Source of the DNA: an uncultured virus (IMG/VR IMGVR_UViG_2061766007_000276)
Lineage: Duplodnaviria > Heunggongvirae > Uroviricota > Caudoviricetes
DNA: 64,000 nt
Strand: one strand, 5' to 3'
IMG/VR virus record: IMGVR_UViG_2061766007_000276
The notes under the pieces: model-generated
Seen by the model: the letters and a program-made list of their open reading frames with translations, nothing else
Told to the model about the DNA's origin: nothing
Databases searched by the model: none
Shown here: in pieces, positions 51,868 through 59,735 of the stretch
Layout: each line of letters starts with the position of its first letter
How positions within the stretch are numbered: position 1 is the stretch's first letter
Position numbers and translations under genes: made by a program

Positions 51868-52153
51868 ATGAGCTGCAATTCCGCAATTTACACTGTGAAC
51901 GCATCCGGCGTGGCCATCACGCCTCCCGACGGCCAGTTCGCCCAGATACCCTTCGGATCCGTCATCCGCCGCTTCGGCAAGGCCGTCCAGCTGGACGGCG
52001 GCTCGATCCTGTGCTGCGGNNNNNNNNNNNNNNNNNNNNNNNNNNGTCCCGACGGCAGAGGGCGAGATCTCGATACAGCTCTTCCAGGACGGCGTGGCCG
52101 TTCCCGGGACGTTGAAGACGATCACCGCGGCTGCAGCCGGCGATTACATCCTC
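51868..52153 (+). CDS. Small beta-sandwich protein (BclA-C/C1q-like; end lies in an N gap)
   Basis: MSCNSAIYTVN...IPFGSVIRRFG...IQLFQDGVAVPG. Confidence 0.5.
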
Positions 52154-52248
52154 NNNNNNNNNNNNNNNNNNNNNNNNNNNNNNNNNNNNNNNNNNNNNNN
52201 NNNNNNNNNNNNNNNNNNNNNNNNNNNNNNNNNNNNNNNNNNNGTATA

Positions 52249-52734
52249 ATGGGATATTCTCTTCCTAGAGGCTCCAACTGCAGGCTTTGCTTCTATCCGC
52301 AAGGAGGGATAAATGTTGCGGATTTGGGAGATCCCGTGGTTGCCATAAAGCAGGAGCTGACCTTCATATCGAAGGACGCTGTGGTGGACGTCGAACACAA
52401 TCGGGTGTATGTCGACCTGACCGAGGAAGATACGATCCAATTGGTCGAGAACGTTGAGACCAAGGTGCAAGTCGTATATTTGAACGATGATTCCGAGATA
52501 GTGTACAGGTTTCCGATACACAACCTGATTATAACCGACACGTTATTCGAGCGGTTCTACGTGCCTCCTACATACACTTACGACCCGGTCGACCCCGCCG
52601 AAGAGGGATACTCCGAGATGAATCCTTCGCAGGAAGGGTGGTACGAGTTGGACGGCAACGACTACAAGCTCACAGAGGACGCGGAAGTCGTGGAATTCAA
52701 ACAGTATTTCACGAGATCTCTAGCGGAGGAATAG
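52249..52734 (+). CDS. Structural-type protein with C-terminal NPxxxGWYE module
   Basis: LTEEDT..L...VQV (similar to ORF 41955), then GYSEMNPSQEGWYE. Confidence 0.6.
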   Translation: MGYSLPRGSNCRLCFYPQGGINVADLGDPVVAIKQELTFISKDAVVDVEHNRVYVDLTEEDTIQLVENVETKVQVVYLNDDSEIVYRFPIHNLIITDTLFERFYVPPTYTYDPVDPAEEGYSEMNPSQEGWYELDGNDYKLTEDAEVVEFKQYFTRSLAEE

Positions 52735-52744
52735 AGGCGCGATA

Positions 52745-52852
52745 ATGACCGATCTAGTGGAAGTAGTCTTCATAATAAACGGGGTCGAGGTGTCGGCCCT
52801 GGACGATACGATAGACGTAGAGGTAGCGACTGTGGAACCGTCGCTCTTCTAA
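52745..52852 (+). CDS. Small acidic protein (35 aa)
   Basis: MTDLVEVVFIINGVEV...; fills the gap between co-directional genes. Confidence 0.4.
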   Translation: MTDLVEVVFIINGVEVSALDDTIDVEVATVEPSLF

Positions 52853-52868
52853 GGACGAAAGGAAAGAA

Positions 52869-54002
52869 ATGACCGCCATAAAATTCACATTTGAGGACGG
52901 TTCCGAGGCGTTGGCCCATTACGGCAAAAAGGGCATGCACTGGGGTACCTGGAACGACGAGACTCGCCAGAAGTATGCCGCCAATCCCGAGTACATGCCG
53001 GAAAACACGGAACGCAGAACCAACGAGCAGCTGTACAACAACTTCGCCAACGCTATGAACCAACATGCCGCCAACCAAGGGGCAAGCGCCGGGCAAGGCA
53101 CCCTTTACAAGGATCCGGAGACCAGGGGCAGGAACCGCATGGGGCTGAACGAACTTCGAAGAGCCCAGAACGCCAAGGATCCCGTGAAGCAGGCGAGCAA
53201 CGCTTTGAACGCAGCGCTCAAAGGTGCAAAGGATTTCGGTGGACAGGTTGCAAAATCCGTATCGGATATCACGAAGCATGCTTCCCGTGCGGTATCAGAT
53301 GCCGGCAAATCCGTAGTCGACTCCGGAGCGAACGCGATCGACAGCCTGTTTGGCACCAAGTTCGGCTCGAAAGCGCAAAACAAGGAACGTGAGAAAGAGC
53401 TTACGAACCGCTGGAACAAGAAGCGTAGCGCCAACAAGTACGCGCAGGAGAACTCCGACCGCAACAAGGTCCTGACCGCCGAGGCCGAATGGCGACAGAC
53501 CCAGAAGAAGGGCAAGGAATGGGCCAGCAAGCAGGCTAGGGAGGACAGCGCCAAGAAGTATGCGGAAGAGAATGCCAAGAAGAATGCCGAGCTGCTGAAG
53601 CAGGCCGAGTCCAGGCGACAAAGCAAGGAAATGCGAGAACGCGGCGAGCAGAAGAACCTACAGAAGAAGTATTCCGACAAGATCCAGAAGAAGAGCGCAC
53701 AGGAATACAACCGCAAGGCGGAGAAGATCGCGAAGAACAAGCAGGCTATAGAAAACGATTACAAGGCAGAGAAAAGGGTCAATGCAGGGGAGAACCTCGG
53801 AGATTACAAGTCTAAGAAACTCGCCAACCTGAGGACCGACGACTTCTACGGGAAGAACGGCAAAGCCGCTCAAGCATCCGAAGCTTATAGAAGACGCAAT
53901 CTTCGCGACAAATCGGAAGCTAACATGAAGAAAAATGGCTATTTCCGAGGCCCCGATGGCGTTTGGCGCAAGAAGACCCAGTCTCTTCGCAAAGGGCATT
54001 AG
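52869..54002 (+). CDS. Basic coiled-coil protein with FTFEDGSEALAHYGKKGMHWG leader
   Basis: 377 aa; leader nearly identical to ORF 54465. Confidence 0.8.
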   Translation: MTAIKFTFEDGSEALAHYGKKGMHWGTWNDETRQKYAANPEYMPENTERRTNEQLYNNFANAMNQHAANQGASAGQGTLYKDPETRGRNRMGLNELRRAQNAKDPVKQASNALNAALKGAKDFGGQVAKSVSDITKHASRAVSDAGKSVVDSGANAIDSLFGTKFGSKAQNKEREKELTNRWNKKRSANKYAQENSDRNKVLTAEAEWRQTQKKGKEWASKQAREDSAKKYAEENAKKNAELLKQAESRRQSKEMRERGEQKNLQKKYSDKIQKKSAQEYNRKAEKIAKNKQAIENDYKAEKRVNAGENLGDYKSKKLANLRTDDFYGKNGKAAQASEAYRRRNLRDKSEANMKKNGYFRGPDGVWRKKTQSLRKGH

Positions 54003-54062
54003 CCCATCGCGATATTATCAGCTTTTAAGGTGGAATGCCATTACTGGAGAAAGGAGCATGGC

Positions 54063-54392
54063 ATGAAGCTTAAGGATTACGATCAATCCATAGACGTGAT
54101 GGACAAGGAGGTGGAAGATATCCTCGATCGTCTCGACAAGATGGATCCGACCACCGAGGAATACGAGAAGGCGGCTAGGAACTTGAAGTTGATCCAGGAG
54201 GCCAAGCAGGTCGAGGTGCGAAACAAAAGCGAGCATCTCAACGGCAAGGTCCCGGCATGGGTGACTTCGATAGCCGGATCCGCCATAGCGGTCATATTCG
54301 GGGCCGTGGTCATGAAGGTCGAGAAAGGAGGGGGCGTCATCTCTTCTCAGGCAATCAACGTCTGGGATAAAGTAGTTCGGAAGTTAGGCTAG
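54063..54392 (+). CDS. Hypothetical protein with C-terminal TM helix (cassette gene)
   Basis: SD AGAAAGGAG; own promoter-like motif and terminator. Confidence 0.75.
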   Translation: MKLKDYDQSIDVMDKEVEDILDRLDKMDPTTEEYEKAARNLKLIQEAKQVEVRNKSEHLNGKVPAWVTSIAGSAIAVIFGAVVMKVEKGGGVISSQAINVWDKVVRKLG

Positions 54393-54414
54393 CGACTTGC
54401 TAGCAGGCATTCGG

Positions 54415-54453
54415 GAAAGGCTGGGATATTCACCCGGCCTTTCTTTTTTCTTT
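54415..54453 (+). terminator. Intrinsic terminator
   Basis: GAAAGGCTGGG-ATATTCA-CCCGGCCTTTC followed by a T-run. Confidence 0.85.
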
Positions 54454-54464
54454 CAAGGAGAGAC

Positions 54465-55178
54465 ATGGGAAACTACAAATTCACATTCGAAGACGGCTCC
54501 GAGGCGTTGGCCCATTACGGAAAGAAGGGCATGCACTGGGGCGAGTGGAACGAAGAGACCCGTCGGAAGTACGAGGCTGATCCCGAGTCGAAGCCTTCCC
54601 TTGAAAGGGATGGAAACGGGAATATCATATCCAGGCAAACGTTCGAAGTTCATAATTCGGACGGAACGGTGGCTCCGTGGACGAACAACCACACCATGGA
54701 GAGGGATCCTCGCACAGGAAACTACTACGATACCAAGAGTTTGGGAGCAGGCATATCCCGTGGTCTGGATAATTTGAAATCGGACATAGAAGATCTTATA
54801 AGAGACCCTGGATACAAGTTGAGCAGCGTTGCCAGCAAGACCGTCCAAGAAGGTAAGAAGCTTCTGGACGGAATTCTTAACCGGGTTGATGAGGAAGCTC
54901 ATTTTCTTGTCGAAGGAAATAAACCAGAAGCGCGAATAGGTTCGACGCAGGCCAAGAAACTGGAAGCGGAGGGGAAACCCTACACAAAAGTTTACGGGTA
55001 CAATTACCATTACGATAAGCCGGCAAATGATACCAAAACTTTTAACGAGACGCTGAAATATGAAAAGGAGCAGAACAGGCAGACCGACGAGCGGGTAAAC
55101 AAAAGAAACCGAGAGCAGACCAGCCGATACAAGAACTCCACGGCCAAGAAGCTCCGCAACCTTGTGGGCCTCGAGTAA
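54465..55178 (+). CDS. Protein with FTFEDGSEALAHYGKKGMHWG leader
   Basis: 237 aa; leader paralogous to ORF 52869, body unrelated. Confidence 0.8.
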   Translation: MGNYKFTFEDGSEALAHYGKKGMHWGEWNEETRRKYEADPESKPSLERDGNGNIISRQTFEVHNSDGTVAPWTNNHTMERDPRTGNYYDTKSLGAGISRGLDNLKSDIEDLIRDPGYKLSSVASKTVQEGKKLLDGILNRVDEEAHFLVEGNKPEARIGSTQAKKLEAEGKPYTKVYGYNYHYDKPANDTKTFNETLKYEKEQNRQTDERVNKRNREQTSRYKNSTAKKLRNLVGLE

Positions 55179-55235
55179 TTCGCAATTTTATCACCTCCTT
55201 TTACGATGGTAAAAGCTACCGGAAGGAGTGATATT

Positions 55236-55433
55236 ATGGAGAACATGAGCAACGCCGCGAAGGCGATCTGCATGGTTCTGGGAGGACTGGCTCTGGTGGG
55301 CCTGCTGGTGATCACCGGACCCATTTGGATGGGTTTAGGAGCATTAGCAGTAGGCCTATTGGAGATATTTCTCCCGATCGTGCTGATCGTGATAGCGGTA
55401 GTGGTGGTCTACAATTATCTGAAAAACCGATAG
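55236..55433 (+). CDS. Small membrane protein (cassette gene)
   Basis: SD GAAGGAG; two hydrophobic helices. Confidence 0.7.
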   Translation: MENMSNAAKAICMVLGGLALVGLLVITGPIWMGLGALAVGLLEIFLPIVLIVIAVVVVYNYLKNR

Positions 55434-55444
55434 GTACCATCATG

Positions 55445-55476
55445 GAAGGGGATGACAACAAGTCCCCTTCTGTTTT
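55445..55476 (+). terminator. Intrinsic terminator
   Basis: GAAGGGGAT/GTCCCCTTC followed by TGTTTT. Confidence 0.7.
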
Positions 55477-55595
55477 CTGCCGAAAAAGCAGAAAGCTCAA
55501 ACGAAGAGCCCGCGATAACATCAACTGCTCTTCGTTTTTCTCCTCGCATATTTTTCACCCCCTTTTACGATAAGAAAACCTGAGTGAAAGGGGAT

Positions 55596-55817
55596 ATGAT
55601 GTTGGAAAGTGTTTTCGTGCTAACGATAGTGTTCGGAAAGATATTTATCGGAATTGCGGCATTGGTAGGCTTGCCTATCTACGTCGCACGGATCATTATA
55701 AGGTTGACCCGTGCGAACAGATGGGTGTCCTCCCATGACGGAGTGCTGATAGGATCGGACGAATTTTTCGCATGGTGCGAAAAGAAAGGAGAAGATCCCA
55801 ATAGGTATTTTATATAA
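55596..55817 (+). CDS. Small membrane protein, paralogue of ORF 57235
   Basis: TM helix plus RW...HDG.LIGS.EFF.WC.K.G.DP. Confidence 0.75.
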   Translation: MMLESVFVLTIVFGKIFIGIAALVGLPIYVARIIIRLTRANRWVSSHDGVLIGSDEFFAWCEKKGEDPNRYFI

Positions 55818-55904
55818 GGATTAGACTCGAGCGACTTCGCTTAAATTGCAGGTCGCTCGAGGTTTCGAAGCCTTTATTTTTTCGCATATTTTACAGTTTC
55901 TATT

Positions 55905-56067
55905 ATGAGAGGAAAGAACTAACGAGAAGTGGTAAAGAGCCCACGGGCTGTGATAGCCGGCGATGCCTACATGGCTAACCGTCTTGATCGGCACAGGTGA
56001 AAACAACTGGACGTCTCGTCCGGGGCAACATCTAGGTAGGCCGCAGGTCGTTTAGTTTTTCTCCCGT
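55905..56067 (+). ncRNA. Candidate multi-stem ncRNA in an ORF-less cassette
   Basis: Follows the motif at 55882. The 5' end pairs with 56048-56067; inner stems GCCTAC/GTAGGC, GGCT/AGCC and CTGGACG/CGTCCGG. No SD-led ORF. Confidence 0.6.
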
Positions 56068-56134
56068 CTATATTTTTTCTCCCGCGATATTTTCACCCTG
56101 CTTTATAGTATGGTCTACTAGAAAGGAGAATACT

Positions 56135-56494
56135 ATGAACGAGAAGATCGAGGAACTGAAGGAATCCGCTAGGGTTTTCGGAAGGAAGGCGAAGGACCAG
56201 GCATGCGACGCTGCCCGCAAGGCGGGGGCATTCGTAGCCAGGAACAAGGAGATGATTGCGATATCTGTGCCTGTCGCCGTCGCTGCGATTCAATCTGGAC
56301 GTACGGTCCTGGTTAACCGCAGGACGAAGCGGGAGCGCAACAGGATTGACAACACCTACTACGATCCGGCCACGGGCTTCCATTGGGAGCTGCGACGCAA
56401 GGCCACCAACGCCGACCGGGCCGAGATCCTGAAGCGGAAGAAAGCGGGGAAGGAGACTTACGAGATTCTGAGAGAGTTGAATCTCATCAAGTAG
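56135..56494 (+). CDS. Basic hypothetical protein (cassette gene)
   Basis: SD AGAAAGGAG; 119 aa; YDPATGFHWELRRK. Confidence 0.8.
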   Translation: MNEKIEELKESARVFGRKAKDQACDAARKAGAFVARNKEMIAISVPVAVAAIQSGRTVLVNRRTKRERNRIDNTYYDPATGFHWELRRKATNADRAEILKRKKAGKETYEILRELNLIK

Positions 56495-56500
56495 GCTTAT

Positions 56501-56530
56501 AGGGGAGTCCCATCAGGGGCTCTCCTTTTT
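56501..56530 (+). terminator. Intrinsic terminator
   Basis: GGGGAGTCCC/GGGGCTCTCC plus TTTTT, running into the next motif. Confidence 0.8.
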
Positions 56531-56584
56531 CGCATATTTAACAGCTCCTTCAACGACGAGGAATTCGACAGAGAGGAGAGCTGC

Positions 56585-56761
56585 ATGGAGATCTGGATCG
56601 GGTTGGTGGCCTTGGTATTGACCGGCATGTTCTTCGCGGCGCTGAATTGGCAGTGCCGGCAGGACGAGCTGGCGTACCGGGACTACGAGCTCAGACGCCA
56701 GGCTGCGAAGCTCAACGGAGCGGCGCATTCCGACGTCGAATGGGAAGTTGCCTATTTCTAG
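56585..56761 (+). CDS. Small membrane protein (58 aa; not in the ORF track)
   Basis: SD AGGAG; MEIWIGLVALVLTGMFFAALNW... Confidence 0.7.
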   Translation: MEIWIGLVALVLTGMFFAALNWQCRQDELAYRDYELRRQAAKLNGAAHSDVEWEVAYF

Positions 56762-56846
56762 GCTCTTCCTTTTTCTCTTCCTTTAATTTTTCTCCCGCGA
56801 TATTTTCAAGCCTTCTGATGAGTGTAATCAAACGAAAGGAGACAAG

Positions 56847-57140
56847 ATGTCGAACTGGGAGGTTTATCCTGAGAATTGGATGGAGCAGGGAAACCGCTGT
56901 ATGATCAGCTACATCGAAGGATTGGAAAATCAGGGCTGGGCTATCGAGTGCTCGAGCTTCAATCCCGACCCTCTGTTCGGAAGGCCCGAATGGGAGGCGG
57001 AGTACGAAGCCGGATACCGGTACTACGTTCTGAAATACAATCTGTTCGATGGGCGGCGTGTGGAGAGTTTTTACAAACATCCAAGGGAAGCTCAGGAGGC
57101 TTTCGAGAAGATGCGAGATCCTCTCGGAAAGCACTCATGA
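56847..57140 (+). CDS. Hypothetical protein (cassette gene)
   Basis: SD GAAAGGAG; 97 aa. Confidence 0.75.
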   Translation: MSNWEVYPENWMEQGNRCMISYIEGLENQGWAIECSSFNPDPLFGRPEWEAEYEAGYRYYVLKYNLFDGRRVESFYKHPREAQEAFEKMRDPLGKHS

Positions 57141-57143
57141 GGC

Positions 57144-57171
57144 GCGGGCCCTTCGGGGCCTGTTCCTTTTT
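57144..57171 (+). terminator. Intrinsic terminator with cUUCGg loop
   Basis: GCGGGCCC-TTCG-GGGCCTGT plus T-run. Confidence 0.8.
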
Positions 57172-57234
57172 CNNNNNNNNNNNNNNNNNNNNNNNNNNNN
57201 ATGAGAAGGAACCAAGAAGAGAAAGGAAAAAACG

Positions 57235-57450
57235 ATGGAGAATCTGGTAATCATGTTGATGGTCTTCGGACCGATCGTTATCGGCGTTATCGGCGTTGTA
57301 GCCATTCCGGTGTGGTTGATTCGGGAATTCGCAGTGAAATCCCCGCGTCGGCGCAGATGGATTGACGCACACGATGGGCACCTGATAGGGTCGGAGGAGT
57401 TTTTCGACTGGTGCAAGAAGGAAGGAGTTGATCCTGGATATTATTGGTAA
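57235..57450 (+). CDS. Small membrane protein, paralogue of ORF 55596
   Basis: TM helix plus RWIDAHDGHLIGSEEFFDWCKKEGVDP. Confidence 0.75.
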   Translation: MENLVIMLMVFGPIVIGVIGVVAIPVWLIREFAVKSPRRRRWIDAHDGHLIGSEEFFDWCKKEGVDPGYYW

Positions 57451-57571
57451 TCCGATCAGACTCAAGCGACTTCGCTTAGATTGCAGGTCGCTTGAGGTTT
57501 TTCGGTACTCTAATTTTTCGCAAATTTGCAAAGCTTTTAACGGAGTTGATCCTAGGACGAAAGGAGCACCT

Positions 57572-57736
57572 ATGAAGGAGACTGCCGAAACCCGTAAGGA
57601 ATACTGGGAAAACCGGGAGGCGGAGAAGGCCGAGAAGAAGGCCCGCGTCCGCTCGATGGTCGATGCCGGATATTCCAGGAAGGAGGTGAGCGATCTCACA
57701 GGTCTCTCTGAGGCTGTCATCAGGACCATGCTCTAA
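57572..57736 (+). CDS. Small helix-turn-helix protein (54 aa)
   Basis: SD GAAAGGAG; GYSRKEVSDLTGLSEAVIRTML. Confidence 0.7.
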   Translation: MKETAETRKEYWENREAEKAEKKARVRSMVDAGYSRKEVSDLTGLSEAVIRTML

Positions 57737-57809
57737 GGTATGGGGCCCGCGATAGCATCAACGGCCCTTTTCTTTTTACCTATTCGTCATTCGCAGAGAG
57801 GGGGCATCA

Positions 57810-58004
57810 ATGCAGGCGATCTACGACGCACCGAGTTCCGACAAGTTCGAGGCCATGGCCAAGGCCGTCGGCGATATCTACCATCCGAATTACTTCTACG
57901 CAGGGCGCAACCGCATCGTGGCCGAAGGCTCTCTCATGGATCACGTAAAGGCCGAGAAGCGCCTTAAGGCCAAGGGCGTGGAGCACAGCTTCCGCCTCAT
58001 CTGA
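57810..58004 (+). CDS. Hypothetical protein (64 aa)
   Basis: SD GAGGGGG; typical codon usage. Confidence 0.65.
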   Translation: MQAIYDAPSSDKFEAMAKAVGDIYHPNYFYAGRNRIVAEGSLMDHVKAEKRLKAKGVEHSFRLI

Positions 58005-58060
58005 TTCGCATATTTTTCCGCTCCTTTTACGAGATCTACAGTCTAGAGAAAGGAATCGAA

Positions 58061-58267
58061 ATGGTACGTTACTACGAGGACTACACTAGGAAGTGCGCCC
58101 ACGAGAATCAGAAGGAACACGGGTACGTGTTTACCATCGAGCAGATTCGTGATGTCTGCGAGCTGGTAAAGGTAGACCGCGTTCCGGACGGTTCGTTTGG
58201 CGACAACGAGTGCAACCTCTGGGAAGTGTTGCACGATTACTTTAGGAAAGGAGAACGGATCTCGTAA
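58061..58267 (+). CDS. Hypothetical protein (cassette gene)
   Basis: SD AGAAAGGA; motif upstream, terminator downstream. Confidence 0.7.
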   Translation: MVRYYEDYTRKCAHENQKEHGYVFTIEQIRDVCELVKVDRVPDGSFGDNECNLWEVLHDYFRKGERIS

Positions 58268-58274
58268 TAGAATT

Positions 58275-58303
58275 CGGGAGTCCGTCAAGGGCTTCCCGTT
58301 TTT
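58275..58303 (+). terminator. Intrinsic terminator
   Basis: CGGGAGTCC/GGGCTTCCCG plus TTTTT. Confidence 0.75.
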
Positions 58304-58361
58304 CTCCTCGCGTATATTTCATCTCCCTTAACGGAACTGAACCCGATAGAAAGGAGCGAAG

Positions 58362-58628
58362 ATGAAGGAGTACAAGAGGAAGAACGTCAAGATTACCGTC
58401 GGGCAGGTTTGCGTGGAGGACGCCTACGATGCGGCCGTTCTGCGGGAGATGGTGGACGAGATCGTTCCCCAACGCCAGTATATTTACGGGCAAGAGGACA
58501 TGATCTACTATGTCACCATCGTGTGCGGGACGCGTTCGGAGTTGGAAGGCGTTTCCAACCTGTTACGGGTGCTCGACGAGCTCGGAATCTACTACGAGAC
58601 GGATTTCGAGCTCCCGACGAAGGTTTAG
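58362..58628 (+). CDS. Hypothetical protein (cassette gene)
   Basis: SD AGAAAGGAG; 88 aa. Confidence 0.75.
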   Translation: MKEYKRKNVKITVGQVCVEDAYDAAVLREMVDEIVPQRQYIYGQEDMIYYVTIVCGTRSELEGVSNLLRVLDELGIYYETDFELPTKV

Positions 58629-58844
58629 TCTCGAGTTCAGGAGGATCTAATCAGGTCCTCCGGGCTTTTCCCAGCCGTTATCCGTATATTCTCCCTATTT
58701 GTCTTTTGCCTGGTCAACGGATTGCTGTGACGGCTTTTAAGACTCGTTTGGAAACGGGACTGGTACTTGTAAGGCTGCTAAGCGTGTACGGACGCGATAT
58801 TTTCAACGTGCTTTATAGTATAGGGCCGATGAAAGGAGAAAATC

Positions 58845-59135
58845 ATGGCCAATTTTGACGACGTCAAGTTTCTAGTTCATTGTGACAAGAAGAACATGAG
58901 GACATTGATCGACATGTACGTCTACGACGGTCCGTTCATGATCGCTGACGATTATCAAGCGAAAACGCGTTGCTCCGACAAGGCACGCGATATCGTGGAG
59001 AGAGGCGCCAACGGCATGGCGACGATCGAACAGGTGAGCACGTTGATCTGCTGGACCGGGATCGTGTTGCAAATAGGAATTGGACTTGGTAAAACGGTCT
59101 ACAAATTGGCCCGCTTCGTAAAGCGGCGCCTATGA
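58845..59135 (+). CDS. Hypothetical protein (cassette gene)
   Basis: SD GAAAGGAG; 96 aa with hydrophobic C-terminus. Confidence 0.75.
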   Translation: MANFDDVKFLVHCDKKNMRTLIDMYVYDGPFMIADDYQAKTRCSDKARDIVERGANGMATIEQVSTLICWTGIVLQIGIGLGKTVYKLARFVKRRL

Positions 59136-59141
59136 GGGATC

Positions 59142-59167
59142 AGGACCTTCGGGTCCTTTTCCTTTTT
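59142..59167 (+). terminator. Intrinsic terminator with cUUCGg loop
   Basis: AGGACC-TTCG-GGTCCT plus T-rich tail. Confidence 0.8.
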
Positions 59168-59217
59168 CGCGTATATTTCAACCTTTTTAACGGTACGACG
59201 ACGAGAAAGGAGTCACT

Positions 59218-59493
59218 ATGGAAGAGAAGCAGTTCGTCTGGGTGGTCGAACGAATCGACTGGGACCAGGACGTGGACGGTCTCCGGCTTTACTGGGAGGA
59301 GAGGAAGATCATGGGCGTTTACAGCTGCGTGGACGACGCGAGGGCGTTCGTCGAGCGCAACGCTGTGATATCCCACGTCCCGTATCCGCTCAGGTGGCAC
59401 GGGACCGGCAAGGTCGTGTATTCCGGTCACGAGGTGTCCGAGCATCTCGACGAAGGAGTTCGCTACGAACTCCACTACACGGCGTTGTACTAG
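59218..59493 (+). CDS. Hypothetical protein (cassette gene)
   Basis: SD AGAAAGGAG; IMGVYSCVDDARAF. Confidence 0.75.
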   Translation: MEEKQFVWVVERIDWDQDVDGLRLYWEERKIMGVYSCVDDARAFVERNAVISHVPYPLRWHGTGKVVYSGHEVSEHLDEGVRYELHYTALY

Positions 59494-59498
59494 GGATT

Positions 59499-59528
59499 CG
59501 GGGGTCCGTCAGGGCCTCCGGTTCTTTT
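59499..59528 (+). terminator. Intrinsic terminator
   Basis: CGGGGGTCC/GGGCCTCCG plus TTCTTTT. Confidence 0.7.
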
Positions 59529-59594
59529 CGCAGGTCAGTTCGCATTTTTTTCAGCTCCTTTTACGAAGTACTATTTCACAGGAAAGGAACTACA

Positions 59595-59735
59595 ATGGAG
59601 AATTTGTGGGATTTCGAAGAGGCTATTATGAATTGGACTTCGTCCACGGAGCAGGCGCTCCTGGACGTGCTCAACCGTAATACCCCGGAGAAGATCCGGG
59701 ACAAATCCGAAATGGAGGAGGTTTACATGAAGTAA
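59595..59735 (+). CDS. Small acidic protein (46 aa, cassette gene)
   Basis: SD GAAAGGA; MENLWDFEEAIMNW... Confidence 0.65.
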   Translation: MENLWDFEEAIMNWTSSTEQALLDVLNRNTPEKIRDKSEMEEVYMK

